NCBI GenBank assembly: GCA_046594005.1
Contig: JBKJQM010000293.1
Location: 1-32,945, forward strand
Direction of reading: 5' to 3'
Length of the DNA: 32,945 nucleotides
From: Mycobacteriales bacterium
GTDB taxonomy: Bacteria > Actinomycetota > Actinomycetes > Mycobacteriales > SCTD01
How positions within the stretch are numbered: position 1 is the stretch's first letter; every line of letters begins with the position of its first letter. This document shows, piece after piece, positions 1 to 8,266 of this stretch. The notes beneath the pieces are model-generated. The model was given only the letters and a program-made list of their open reading frames with translations, searched no databases and was not told where the DNA came from. A program made the position numbers and the translations under genes.

Positions 1-405
1 CCGGTCGCCGTTCACCACCGGATCACCAGCAGAACCGACCTGCATCCCCGATAACACGTACGTCCGCACCGCCGGCCGCTCCACGAACGACCCCCTCGAC
101 GACGTCGACGGCACACCGTCTACCGGCAGCGCCACGGCAGGGGCCGCCGGGGCGGACACGGCCACCGGCGTCACCCTGGTCCGGTGGCCGTGCCGCCAAG
201 GGGCGAAGGACCGGCGCGGTGGCGCCGACCGAGCGGCCGACGTGGACGTCCCGGAGATCGCGGACGTTGCGGAGAGGGAGGGGGCGTCGGGCGTCGGAAC
301 CCCGGAGGCAGCTCGGTCCGCCAACGCAGCCGATCCGACGGCGGTCGAGGCATGCACCACAGCGAGGGCGAGCACGAGGACGACACGGCGTGACGATGCG
401 GTCAT
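1..405 (-). CDS. Partial CDS (5' part, runs off the left edge): putative secreted protein with an N-terminal signal peptide
   Basis: Absent from the ORF track because no stop lies inside the window. ATG at 405..403, and the frame stays open to position 1 (135 codons). The translation starts MTASSRRVVLVLALAVVHASTAVGSAALA (basic n-region, hydrophobic core, Ala-rich cleavage-like site), followed by a Ser/Thr/Ala/Pro-rich stretch. Third codon positions are nearly all G/C. No convincing RBS. Confidence 0.4.
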   Translation of the reverse strand, partial: MTASSRRVVLVLALAVVHASTAVGSAALADRAASGVPTPDAPSLSATSAISGTSTSAARSAPPRRSFAPWRHGHRTRVTPVAVSAPAAPAVALPVDGVPSTSSRGSFVERPAVRTYVLSGMQVGSAGDPVVNGDR

Positions 406-472
406 GTGGGACGAGTCGGTGCACGCGCGGCTGACCGGTTCGCCTGATCGGGTGATGCAAACGGGCATCTCG

Positions 473-1690
473 TCAGCGCCGCCGAGCCGCGAGCGCCTGG
501 TAGTCGTCCTGCACGCGCTGGAGCGACCCGGGGAAGGACCAGCGCGACGTCGCCCAGTCCTGGGCCAGGATGCCGACCTCCGTCATCGCCGCTGGGTGCG
601 TGAACGCCTCGACGATGCTGTCGGCCATCTGCGTGGGATCTTCGGTGACTGCCCACAGCGCACCGGGCGGGGCGTGTCCCTCGATCCCCTGTGCGGCGTT
701 CGGGGTCGCGACGACCGGCAGACCGCAGCGCAGCGCCTGAGCGACCTTGAACTTCAGGCCGCCCCCCACGAACATCGGCGCGACGAACAACGACGCCTGG
801 CTGTAGTACGGCAGGAGGTCCGGCACCTCGCCCGTGACCTCGACGCCGCCGGCGGATGCGGCCGCCGCACGAAGAGCGTCGGGCGGTCCCGCGCCCGCGA
901 GCACGAGGCGTCCATCCGGGACAGCTGTGCGCACCAGTGGCCAGACCCGCTCCAGGAACCACAGTGCTCCGTCGGCGTTCTCGCGTCTCCACAGGGCTCC
1001 GGCGAACAACGCGGACCGTGCCTGCCGTTGCGACGTCGTGGGCACAGGTTCATCGATCCACGGGTCGATGACCCGGACCGGGGTACTGATCCCCAGCCCA
1101 CGCAGGAGGAGCTCGTCCTCGCCCTTGAACACGAGCACCAGGTCGGCGTCCCGCAGACCCTGCGCCTCGGCCCGGCGCGGCAACGGCGCGGTCAGCAGCC
1201 CGAGCACGCGCCGGTATCCCGTCGCAAACTCCCGCAGGCGTCGCGCATTCGCCTCGATGTCGACGTCGTGCTCGACGACGCTGACCGGGGTCTGCACGCC
1301 CGCGCGCCGCAGCTCGGTGGCGAAGCGCGCGTACTCCGGCCAGTGCAGCTCCACCACGTCGGCTCGACCGGCGCGTTCCACGAGGCCGGCGGCGCGTACC
1401 GCACGCAGGCTCTCCGCGGTGGGCCCGGGCGGCGCCCCCATGGCGCGGCGGTACGCGGCATCTGCCAACCACTGCCGGCGGCTGCGGTGCCCCAGTCGCA
1501 ACGGTGCGATGACGACGTCCATCCAGTCGGGGACGTCGGCTGCGTGGTCGGCAGTGTCCGGCGACTCGGGCACGATCAGGGTGACCCGGTGCCGCTCGGC
1601 CAGCGCCTGCAGGTGCCGGAGCAGGTAGAGGCCGCCCGCGTGCAGCACGCCCTCGTACGGCGCGTAGGGGGCCACGGCCAGCACGTGCAC
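473..1690 (-). CDS. Glycosyltransferase, GT-B fold (GT4-like)
   Basis: The track ORF is 473..1834. I place the start at the GTG at 1690, preceded by GGGAGG (the reverse complement reads gaagggaggttccGTG). The N-terminus VHVLAVAPYAPYEG... and the C-terminal FVAPMFVGGGLKFKVAQALRCGLPVVATPNAAQG are typical of group-1 glycosyltransferases. Confidence 0.85.
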   Translation of the reverse strand: MHVLAVAPYAPYEGVLHAGGLYLLRHLQALAERHRVTLIVPESPDTADHAADVPDWMDVVIAPLRLGHRSRRQWLADAAYRRAMGAPPGPTAESLRAVRAAGLVERAGRADVVELHWPEYARFATELRRAGVQTPVSVVEHDVDIEANARRLREFATGYRRVLGLLTAPLPRRAEAQGLRDADLVLVFKGEDELLLRGLGISTPVRVIDPWIDEPVPTTSQRQARSALFAGALWRRENADGALWFLERVWPLVRTAVPDGRLVLAGAGPPDALRAAAASAGGVEVTGEVPDLLPYYSQASLFVAPMFVGGGLKFKVAQALRCGLPVVATPNAAQGIEGHAPPGALWAVTEDPTQMADSIVEAFTHPAAMTEVGILAQDWATSRWSFPGSLQRVQDDYQALAARRR

Positions 1691-1749
1691 GGAACCTCCC
1701 TTCGTCAGGCTCTTCCTACCTCCATCGCACGTCGGTGCACGGCGGACGG

Positions 1750-3162
1750 TCAGACGTCGGTGGCGAGCGCCAACGCCCGCCAGTCCGCTCCGAGGCCGTC
1801 CCGGGTCCACCACCGGGCAGCGACGTGGTCCCACGGAGACTCCCAGTCCACGGCGTCACCACCCGCGTCCCTGACGAGCTGGGCGTGCAGCAGCCGCATC
1901 GACGCCTGATAGCCGAAGGCGAGACCTGCCAGCGCACCTGCCTGCAACGGGGGGACACCGACCGTGCGGAGGTACCTCGCGACCGTGCGCAGGAACCACG
2001 GACTCTGCGCCTCCCGCCCCGCGCACAGGCTCAGGACGTACGTAGCCCTGGTCGCCGCTCCCCCGGGCGCGTAACGGGACGCCAGAGCGCCGCACAGCAG
2101 CGGCAGGAGGTCCGCCAGGGGCGGGCCGCCCTGGAAGGAGGTCTCCCAGTCGAGGACCCAGCACGAGGTGCCGTCCACGTGGATGTTGAAGGCGGCGCCG
2201 AGGTCCCCGTGCACCAGGATGCCCGGCACCCCCGACAGCGGTTGCGCGGCGCCAGGGAGCCCCCCGTACAGGTCGGCCAGCGCGAGGGAGCGGGGTTGGT
2301 ACGCGGGCACGGCCGTCGCCGCAGCCAGCCGTCCGAGCCACGCGGCGAGGGCCTCCAGGAGCGGGAGCAGCCGACTCGTGGGCGGCCGTTCTGCCAGCAG
2401 GTCGGCGAGCGGGCGCCCGCGGACAGCGGACTCGCAGGTCCACCCGAAGGGGCCGGCCAGACCGGACCCGAGCGGCTGGGGCACCGGCGCTCCGCACCCT
2501 GCGCTGTGCACGCCCCGCAGGACCTCCTGCTCGTGCAGGCCACGCGGATGCTCGGCAGGGCGGCTGACCTTGAGCACGCGGTCGGGTGGCGCCCCGTGGC
2601 CCGAGCCGAGGAGCAGCACCGGGCGCCGGCGGGGGCCGCCACCCCCTGCCAGCAGCCATGCGGTGGTGGCACCCACCGTCGCGGCCAGGGCTGGAGGGCC
2701 CGCGGCCCTCGATCCGACGACCAGCTGCCGTCGGCCCCCGAGCGTGCGGCGCACAGCGGCCACGCCGGCAGCGCGGACGCGAGCCCTGCCGGCCTCGGCC
2801 CGCGCGCGCCGGACGACGGGAGCGTCATCACGGCTGAGCAGAACAGCCCCGCCGGCCCCCGGGGTGACCGACCAGCGGTGCAGGTGGTAGCCGGCAGCAG
2901 CCAGCTCACCGTTGTCGTCGCCGTCGAGCAGGACGGTCTCCGCCCCGCTCGCCACCCCCTCCGCGACGGAGCTGGTGAGAACCACCGAGCCGGCCCCTCC
3001 CGTCCCGCCACTCGGGATCCCCCAACCCGCCGCTGCCGCGAGGCACTCCGCCGCCACCGCGCTGTCACAGGCCACGGCATCCAGGCTCGTCGGCAGGACC
3101 GGTCCCAGCAGCAGGAGGGACCCCCATGGCAGAGTCGGCGCTCCCCTGGGCATCTCAGGCAT
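1750..3162 (-). CDS. Aminoglycoside/choline-kinase-fold (APH-like) phosphotransferase with an N-terminal region of about 170 aa of unknown function
   Basis: The track ORF is 1750..3447, but its 5' end overlaps the upstream gene that stops at 3183. The first ATGs after that are at 3162 and 3153. Kinase-fold motifs: VLKVSR (putative Lys), ILVHGDLGAAFNIHVD (HGD..N catalytic loop) and WVLDWE (metal-binding Asp). Confidence 0.7.
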   Translation of the reverse strand: MPEMPRGAPTLPWGSLLLLGPVLPTSLDAVACDSAVAAECLAAAAGWGIPSGGTGGAGSVVLTSSVAEGVASGAETVLLDGDDNGELAAAGYHLHRWSVTPGAGGAVLLSRDDAPVVRRARAEAGRARVRAAGVAAVRRTLGGRRQLVVGSRAAGPPALAATVGATTAWLLAGGGGPRRRPVLLLGSGHGAPPDRVLKVSRPAEHPRGLHEQEVLRGVHSAGCGAPVPQPLGSGLAGPFGWTCESAVRGRPLADLLAERPPTSRLLPLLEALAAWLGRLAAATAVPAYQPRSLALADLYGGLPGAAQPLSGVPGILVHGDLGAAFNIHVDGTSCWVLDWETSFQGGPPLADLLPLLCGALASRYAPGGAATRATYVLSLCAGREAQSPWFLRTVARYLRTVGVPPLQAGALAGLAFGYQASMRLLHAQLVRDAGGDAVDWESPWDHVAARWWTRDGLGADWRALALATDV

Positions 3163-3182
3163 GCGCCGTCGTGCGCCGCTCG

Positions 3183-4028
3183 TCAACCACGGATCCCACC
3201 GTCGCGGGGGACCCGTGGCCGCCGCAGCCACGCCTGCGGGGCCCAGACGCGCCGGCGGGCGCGGTGCAGGTCGGTGATGTCGCGCAGACCCGCGATGCGC
3301 ACCTCCTGGGCCAGGACCGCCTCCTGTGCACTGCGGTCGTACGCCCCCCCGACGGGCGCCAGGTGCAGGATGCCCACCGCATCGACCACACCGAGCCGCA
3401 GCCCTGCACTGCGTGCTGCTTGCCACCAGCGCACCTCCACCCCCCACCCCATGTCCAGGTCCTCGGGGAGGGGGAGCAGGACCTGCTGGGCGGCAGCCGA
3501 GAGCACCACCACGGGCCCCTGCTCGACGTAGTCGACCTCACGGCTGAAGAGGAGTGCGCGGCGCCTGGTGAACGGCCAGCTGGAGTTGCTGCGCGCCAGG
3601 TGCGCCGGCTGGAACACGTCCAGGCCGGTGCGGTGACCCGCGTCGACGAGCATCGCCAGGTCGCCGACGACGAAGCGCACGTCGTCGTCGACCAGGACGA
3701 GCCCGCCGCCACGCTGTCCCGGTGGCAGCCCCGCGACCAGCCGGTTGAGCAGTGCCAACCTGGTGCCCGGTCCCGTGCCGAACGTCACGGGTTCGAGATC
3801 TGCCGGCACAGCACCGTCCAGGCTCCACAGGCGCACGCTGCACCCGGGAAGCTGCTTGATCAGGTCGCGCACGACGTGGGCGTTGCGCGACCGGTAGACG
3901 CAGATGAGACCTGTCTGCGTGGGGCGGGCCCCTGGGTCGAGTCCCAGGCGGCTCGGATCCACGAGGGCAGCCGCGTCCCAGGCCGAGCGTCTCGCCTTGC
4001 CGACGTGGGCGCGCAGTGACCCGCGCAC
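3183..4028 (-). CDS. DUF707-like GT-A-fold protein (uncharacterised putative glycosyltransferase)
   Basis: GTG start at 4028, 4 nt after the stop of the upstream GT4. LVLVDDDVRFVVGDLAMLVDAGHRTGLDVFQPAH, YVEQGPVVVLSAAA, DMGWGVEVRW and LGVVDAVGILHLAPVGG match from memory the conserved blocks of DUF707 (PF05212). This has not been verified by an HMM search. Confidence 0.6.
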   Translation of the reverse strand: MRGSLRAHVGKARRSAWDAAALVDPSRLGLDPGARPTQTGLICVYRSRNAHVVRDLIKQLPGCSVRLWSLDGAVPADLEPVTFGTGPGTRLALLNRLVAGLPPGQRGGGLVLVDDDVRFVVGDLAMLVDAGHRTGLDVFQPAHLARSNSSWPFTRRRALLFSREVDYVEQGPVVVLSAAAQQVLLPLPEDLDMGWGVEVRWWQAARSAGLRLGVVDAVGILHLAPVGGAYDRSAQEAVLAQEVRIAGLRDITDLHRARRRVWAPQAWLRRPRVPRDGGIRG

Positions 4029-4031
4029 TGC

Positions 4032-5258
4032 TCAGCGGGCCACGGTCAGCGCGGAGGACAGCGCGTCCAGCAGAGCGCGCTCGACGTGCTCGGGCTGGAA
4101 GTGCCCGAGCAGGTGCTGGTGCCCGGCTGCTCCGATGCGGCGCGCCGCCTCCGGATCCATCAGGAGCTCGGCGCAGGCATCCGCGAGCGCGGCGGCGTCC
4201 TCCCGCACGAGCAGGTGCTCGCCGTCCCGGGCATCAAGGCCTTCGCAGCCGAGCGGCGTCGTCACGACGGGCACGGAGTAGGCGAACGCCTCGAGGATCT
4301 TGACGCGCGTGCCGCCACCGAAGCGGATCGGCGCCAGCGACACGGCTGCGCGACGCAGTTCGGGCGCCATCTCCTCGACAGGCCCCACCACGTCAACACC
4401 TGCCGCGTCGCGCACGTCGCGGGGCAGGAGGTCCGCGCCGTGCCCCACGATGCGCAGGCGCGCCGCAGGGACGCTGCGGCGCAACGCCGGCAGCACCTCG
4501 GTGGCTGCGAACACAGCCGCGTCGGCATTCGGTGCGTAGGTGAAGGTGCCGACCATGAGGACGGTGGCTGTCGCCCCGTCCGGCTGCAGGACGCGCTCCT
4601 GGCCGGCCGCGTAGCCGTTCGGGACCACGTGGACACGTGCTCCTCCGCCGAGGCGTTCACGGTCGAGCTCGCTGCAGACGAGCACAGCATCTGCGGTGCG
4701 CAACGCCAGATCCTGAGCCCGCTGCCACAGCGGCAGCTCGACCCGACGCTGGAACCGCTTGACCCGACCGCCGCTCGAGGCTGCCGGGCCGAGGTCGAGG
4801 AAGGCGCGTCCCTTCGCGGTCTCGACGTCGTCCAGGTCGATCACCACGCGCGCTCCGCGTACGTAGCGGCCCAGGCTCAGTGCGTGGTCGAGCGACCCGA
4901 ACCACACCAGGTCGTAGGGTCTGCGACTCCAGGCCCGCAGCACACGGCGGACGATCCCCCAGCGGACGACACCCACCTGCCAGGGGACGCGCCGCAACGC
5001 GGAGGCGAGCATCGCCCGAGGGCGCCGGCGCAGTCCGGGGTCGATCAGGGTCGCGCGGCGGACGGTACAGCCTGGTGGCAGGAAGTCCTCTGGAGGACCT
5101 CCTGCCGCCACCACCAGGACGTCGAGCTCAGCGCCGGACACCAGCAACGCGCTGAAGGTCGCCGAGGCACGGCGCCGCTTCCCGCTGTCCACGGGCCACG
5201 GACGGTCCGGCAGCGTCACGAGCACCCGGCGGCCGGCCGCCGCTGCAGGGTGCACCAC
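4032..5258 (-). CDS. Glycosyltransferase, GT-B fold (GT4-like)
   Basis: 408-aa ORF. The N-terminus RRVLVTLPDRPWPVDSGKRRR and the C-terminal IRFGGGTRVKILEAFAYSVPVVTTPLGCEGL are GT4-like. The start may be the GTG at 5258 or the GTG at 5225 (VLVTLPD). Confidence 0.85.
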   Translation of the reverse strand: MVHPAAAAGRRVLVTLPDRPWPVDSGKRRRASATFSALLVSGAELDVLVVAAGGPPEDFLPPGCTVRRATLIDPGLRRRPRAMLASALRRVPWQVGVVRWGIVRRVLRAWSRRPYDLVWFGSLDHALSLGRYVRGARVVIDLDDVETAKGRAFLDLGPAASSGGRVKRFQRRVELPLWQRAQDLALRTADAVLVCSELDRERLGGGARVHVVPNGYAAGQERVLQPDGATATVLMVGTFTYAPNADAAVFAATEVLPALRRSVPAARLRIVGHGADLLPRDVRDAAGVDVVGPVEEMAPELRRAAVSLAPIRFGGGTRVKILEAFAYSVPVVTTPLGCEGLDARDGEHLLVREDAAALADACAELLMDPEAARRIGAAGHQHLLGHFQPEHVERALLDALSSALTVAR

Positions 5259-5387
5259 GGCCGCATGCTAGCTGAGCGACCTACCAGCCGATCACTCCCC
5301 GCTCGTCGCACCGGCGGCCCTCGACGCGCAGCACGCCTCGGCACGGACCGCGACGGAGCACCGAGCGCAGGCGCAGGCGGGCCGCGT

Positions 5388-6956
5388 TCACAACCGGCGC
5401 GGCTCCTCCGCCGCCCGGACAGCGCGGGTGAGCGGCCGGACGAGGACCCCCAGACGCAGGGGCAGCGCTCCTGCCAGCCAGGCAGCGTCAGCCGTGTCGA
5501 GCAGCGGCATGCCGACGAGGCCCAGAGCCCACGCCGCGGCGGCGAACACCAGCACCGTGGCTGCGCCTCCTGCAAGCACGCCGGGAAGTCCGCCTGCGGC
5601 CACCGCGGCCGCACCGGACACGCCGGCGAGGCCGCTTGCCGCAGCGCCCGCGCACCAACCGCGCGGGTCCAAGGGTGCGCGTCCGAGCGACCGCCAGGTC
5701 AGCGCGACCAGCACGACTGCTGCAGCGCCCTGCGCGGCCAACGTGGTGACGACCGCACCGCTTGCGCTGAAGCGAGGGATGAGCGCCAACGCCAGCGAGA
5801 TCTCGACCACGGCCCCCACGAGCCCCGCAGCTATGGGCAGTCTCAGCAGCCCGCGACCGGACCAGTAGGACGTGGCCAACCGGCCCGCGGGTATGAGCAC
5901 GGCACCCAGTCCGATCACGCGCGTGAGGTCCGCGGCTTCGGCGAACGCCTCGCCGTAGACGGCGAGGACGACAGCGGGTCCCACCGTCACGATCAGTGCC
6001 GTGAGCGGCAGCGACAGGAGCACGGTGACGCGCATCGCGCGCACGAAGGCCTCCTGGGAGCGCGCGGTGTCGCCCGTGCCCGAGGCAGCGGCTACCGCCG
6101 GCATCGCTGCGCCTGCCAGGGCAGCAGGCAAGGTCACGGCCGCTGTGACCAGCATGGCTGCCACGGAGTAGTGCGCGATCGCCGTGCCCGACTGGTAGGC
6201 GCCGAGGAAGAGGATCTCCAGGCGGCCGCTGACGATCTGGGCCAGTGCAGCTCCCGCTGCAAAGACCAGCCAAAGCCGGCGCATGCCTTGCCGCGGGAGA
6301 CCCGGTCCACGCGGCGCGCGAGTGCTGCGGGCTTCGCTGCGCAGGAGCAGCAGGAGCACGGCGCTGGCCGCCGCCGCCGCAAGGAAGATTCCGGCCACCC
6401 CGAGCCCGCCGAGCAGCGCCGCGATGCCCAGGACGACCGCAAGGATCTGCGTCACGAGCCGCCGGCGAGCAACCGGCGCCCATCCGTCTCGGGCGATCGA
6501 GCGACTTGACCAGGCCCAGCACAGGGCGTCCAGCGCGACGGTGGCCGCCATGGCCAGCCACGCGGCGGCGAGCTGGCCCCGGAGCAGTCCGACACCGATC
6601 AGCACGGCCGCCACGGCCGCCCCGGCGGACAGGTGCGCCCACAGCGACCAGCGCTGGAGGGCAGCGAGGCCTGCCGGGTGGCTGGCGTGCGCGGCCGAGA
6701 GCGACCGGATCGAGGCGTCGGTGAGCGAGGTGAGGAGCAAGGCGCTCAAGAGGGTGCCCGTGAAGGCCACGAGGCTCTGCTGTCCGAGCAGCTCGGGCCC
6801 CAGCACACGGCCTGCGACGACGGACAGGCCGGCTGTGGCCAGGAACGGCACGAGGGTGCTGGCCGCCACCCACATTCCGGAGGCAAGGATCGCCCGGCGT
6901 CCTGGCGGCAGCCCGGGCGGCGGCTGCGGGTCCGCGTACGCCCCGCCGAGCGTCAC
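5388..6956 (-). CDS. wzx: Polysaccharide flippase, MOP/Wzx family
   Basis: Only the C-terminal 522 codons of track ORF 5388..8240 look like a protein (about 12-14 hydrophobic helices). The GTG at 6956 overlaps the TGA of the upstream gene (GTGA, 6953-6956). An ATG further inside (MWVAAST) is an alternative start. Confidence 0.8.
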   Translation of the reverse strand: MTLGGAYADPQPPPGLPPGRRAILASGMWVAASTLVPFLATAGLSVVAGRVLGPELLGQQSLVAFTGTLLSALLLTSLTDASIRSLSAAHASHPAGLAALQRWSLWAHLSAGAAVAAVLIGVGLLRGQLAAAWLAMAATVALDALCWAWSSRSIARDGWAPVARRRLVTQILAVVLGIAALLGGLGVAGIFLAAAAASAVLLLLLRSEARSTRAPRGPGLPRQGMRRLWLVFAAGAALAQIVSGRLEILFLGAYQSGTAIAHYSVAAMLVTAAVTLPAALAGAAMPAVAAASGTGDTARSQEAFVRAMRVTVLLSLPLTALIVTVGPAVVLAVYGEAFAEAADLTRVIGLGAVLIPAGRLATSYWSGRGLLRLPIAAGLVGAVVEISLALALIPRFSASGAVVTTLAAQGAAAVVLVALTWRSLGRAPLDPRGWCAGAAASGLAGVSGAAAVAAGGLPGVLAGGAATVLVFAAAAWALGLVGMPLLDTADAAWLAGALPLRLGVLVRPLTRAVRAAEEPRRL

Positions 6957-8266
6957 GCGACGTCGACCAGAGCCGGCAGCGGGGGCAGGCGGGGCGGAGC
7001 CGGACCGGCCGGCTGGGTGTTCCTGAGCAGCAGCGCCACGACCGCGAGGGCACCGGTGACCGGCACCAGGCGACCTTGCGTCCAGTACAGGTAGCGCGGC
7101 AGCTCCAGCACGCCGACGAAGACGACCGGGTAGGCCAGCAGCCCGACCACCGCTCCGTCCCGGAAGAGCACCCACAGCCGCCCCAGCAGCAGTCCGGCCA
7201 CGAGCATGAAGAGCAGACCACCGACAGTGCCGAAGTCCACGAAGGGTGAGCAGATGCCGCAGGGGTTGTTGAACTCGGGGTTGGTGTGCGCCCGCAGCAC
7301 CTGCGCATACACCTCGGTCGCGCTGCGCCCGGTCAACCGGGTGTAGAGGTCGAGCTGCGCGATGCCCGGCGCCGTCCAGAAGGCTTCCAGGCTGAAGTAG
7401 GGCAGCCGACCCGGGAAGTGCCCGAACTGGAGCTGCGCTGCGCCGTTGTTGTACGCGGTGGCGTAGTACCCGGCGAGGCGGTCGACGACGAACTCCGGGT
7501 AGGACGACGTGGTCCGGGTGCGGAAGAAGGTCCAGCTCCGCGAGTACTCGAAGATGCCGAACAGGACGACGAGACCGGGTAGTCCCACGGCCGGTGCCAA
7601 CGCCGCGCGCAGGTCGCCCCGGCGTTGTCGCGCCACCGCGACGACCAGGATGAAGGGCACCACCACCTCGATGAGCGCGAGTCGCTCGGTGAGGTAGAAG
7701 GCGCGCAGCAGCCCGAGCACGACGACGACGGCCATCCTGCGCGCGACGAGCGCCTGCCGGCCGCTCGTCCAGCACAGCGCGGCCAAGGTGCTGTACGCCA
7801 CCCCCAGCTGGGTGAACGACGTGATGCCGGCTATCGGAGCGAAGGCCCTCTCGATGTCGCCGGAGAAGTTGTCCTGCTGCGTCAGCGCAGACAGGAGCAC
7901 GCCCGGTGAGGCGCCGCGCAGGGCGCCCGCAGCCCCCAGGCACACGTAGCCGAACATCGTCAGCCCGAAGCACACCGCAGCGGCGCGCTCCAGCACGTCG
8001 AGCTGCGCGGAGTCCAGGGCGGCCCACCGGTCCGGCCAGCGCCGTGGAGCTGCTGCCAGAGCGACGAGCACGCCCAGGAGCAGCGTGCCTGCGGCGGCGG
8101 CGAACAGCAGGCTCGTCGTGTCGTCGAGCAGACGCGGCGTTCGGTAGAGCAGCCGGAAGCTCAGGTCCGAGGTCGACCAGGCCAGCCAGATGGACACCGG
8201 GAGGACGAGGAGCAGACCGCCGACAGGGGACGCCCACCACAGACCGTGGGCCGGTCCCCGGCTCAC
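6953..8266 (-). CDS. Polytopic membrane protein, oligosaccharide repeat-unit polymerase (Wzy-like)
   Basis: 437 aa and multi-TM, with a large loop containing YSRSWTFFRTRTTSSYPEFVVDRLAGYYATAYNNG. It sits between a co-polymerase gene and the flippase gene. Its start overlaps the upstream stop (8263-8266). Confidence 0.65.
   Translation of the reverse strand: MSRGPAHGLWWASPVGGLLLVLPVSIWLAWSTSDLSFRLLYRTPRLLDDTTSLLFAAAAGTLLLGVLVALAAAPRRWPDRWAALDSAQLDVLERAAAVCFGLTMFGYVCLGAAGALRGASPGVLLSALTQQDNFSGDIERAFAPIAGITSFTQLGVAYSTLAALCWTSGRQALVARRMAVVVVLGLLRAFYLTERLALIEVVVPFILVVAVARQRRGDLRAALAPAVGLPGLVVLFGIFEYSRSWTFFRTRTTSSYPEFVVDRLAGYYATAYNNGAAQLQFGHFPGRLPYFSLEAFWTAPGIAQLDLYTRLTGRSATEVYAQVLRAHTNPEFNNPCGICSPFVDFGTVGGLLFMLVAGLLLGRLWVLFRDGAVVGLLAYPVVFVGVLELPRYLYWTQGRLVPVTGALAVVALLLRNTQPAGPAPPRLPPLPALVDVA

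Noticed and set aside
4086-6509. 807-aa ORF on the + strand
   Set aside because: It is antisense to the GT4 and flippase genes. It is an Arg/Gly/Asp/His-rich low-complexity translation with no recognisable domains.
6957-8240. N-terminal roughly 430 codons of track ORF 5388..8240 (950 aa)
   Set aside because: This is a shadow frame across the Wzy-like gene. The real flippase begins at the GTGA junction at 6956.
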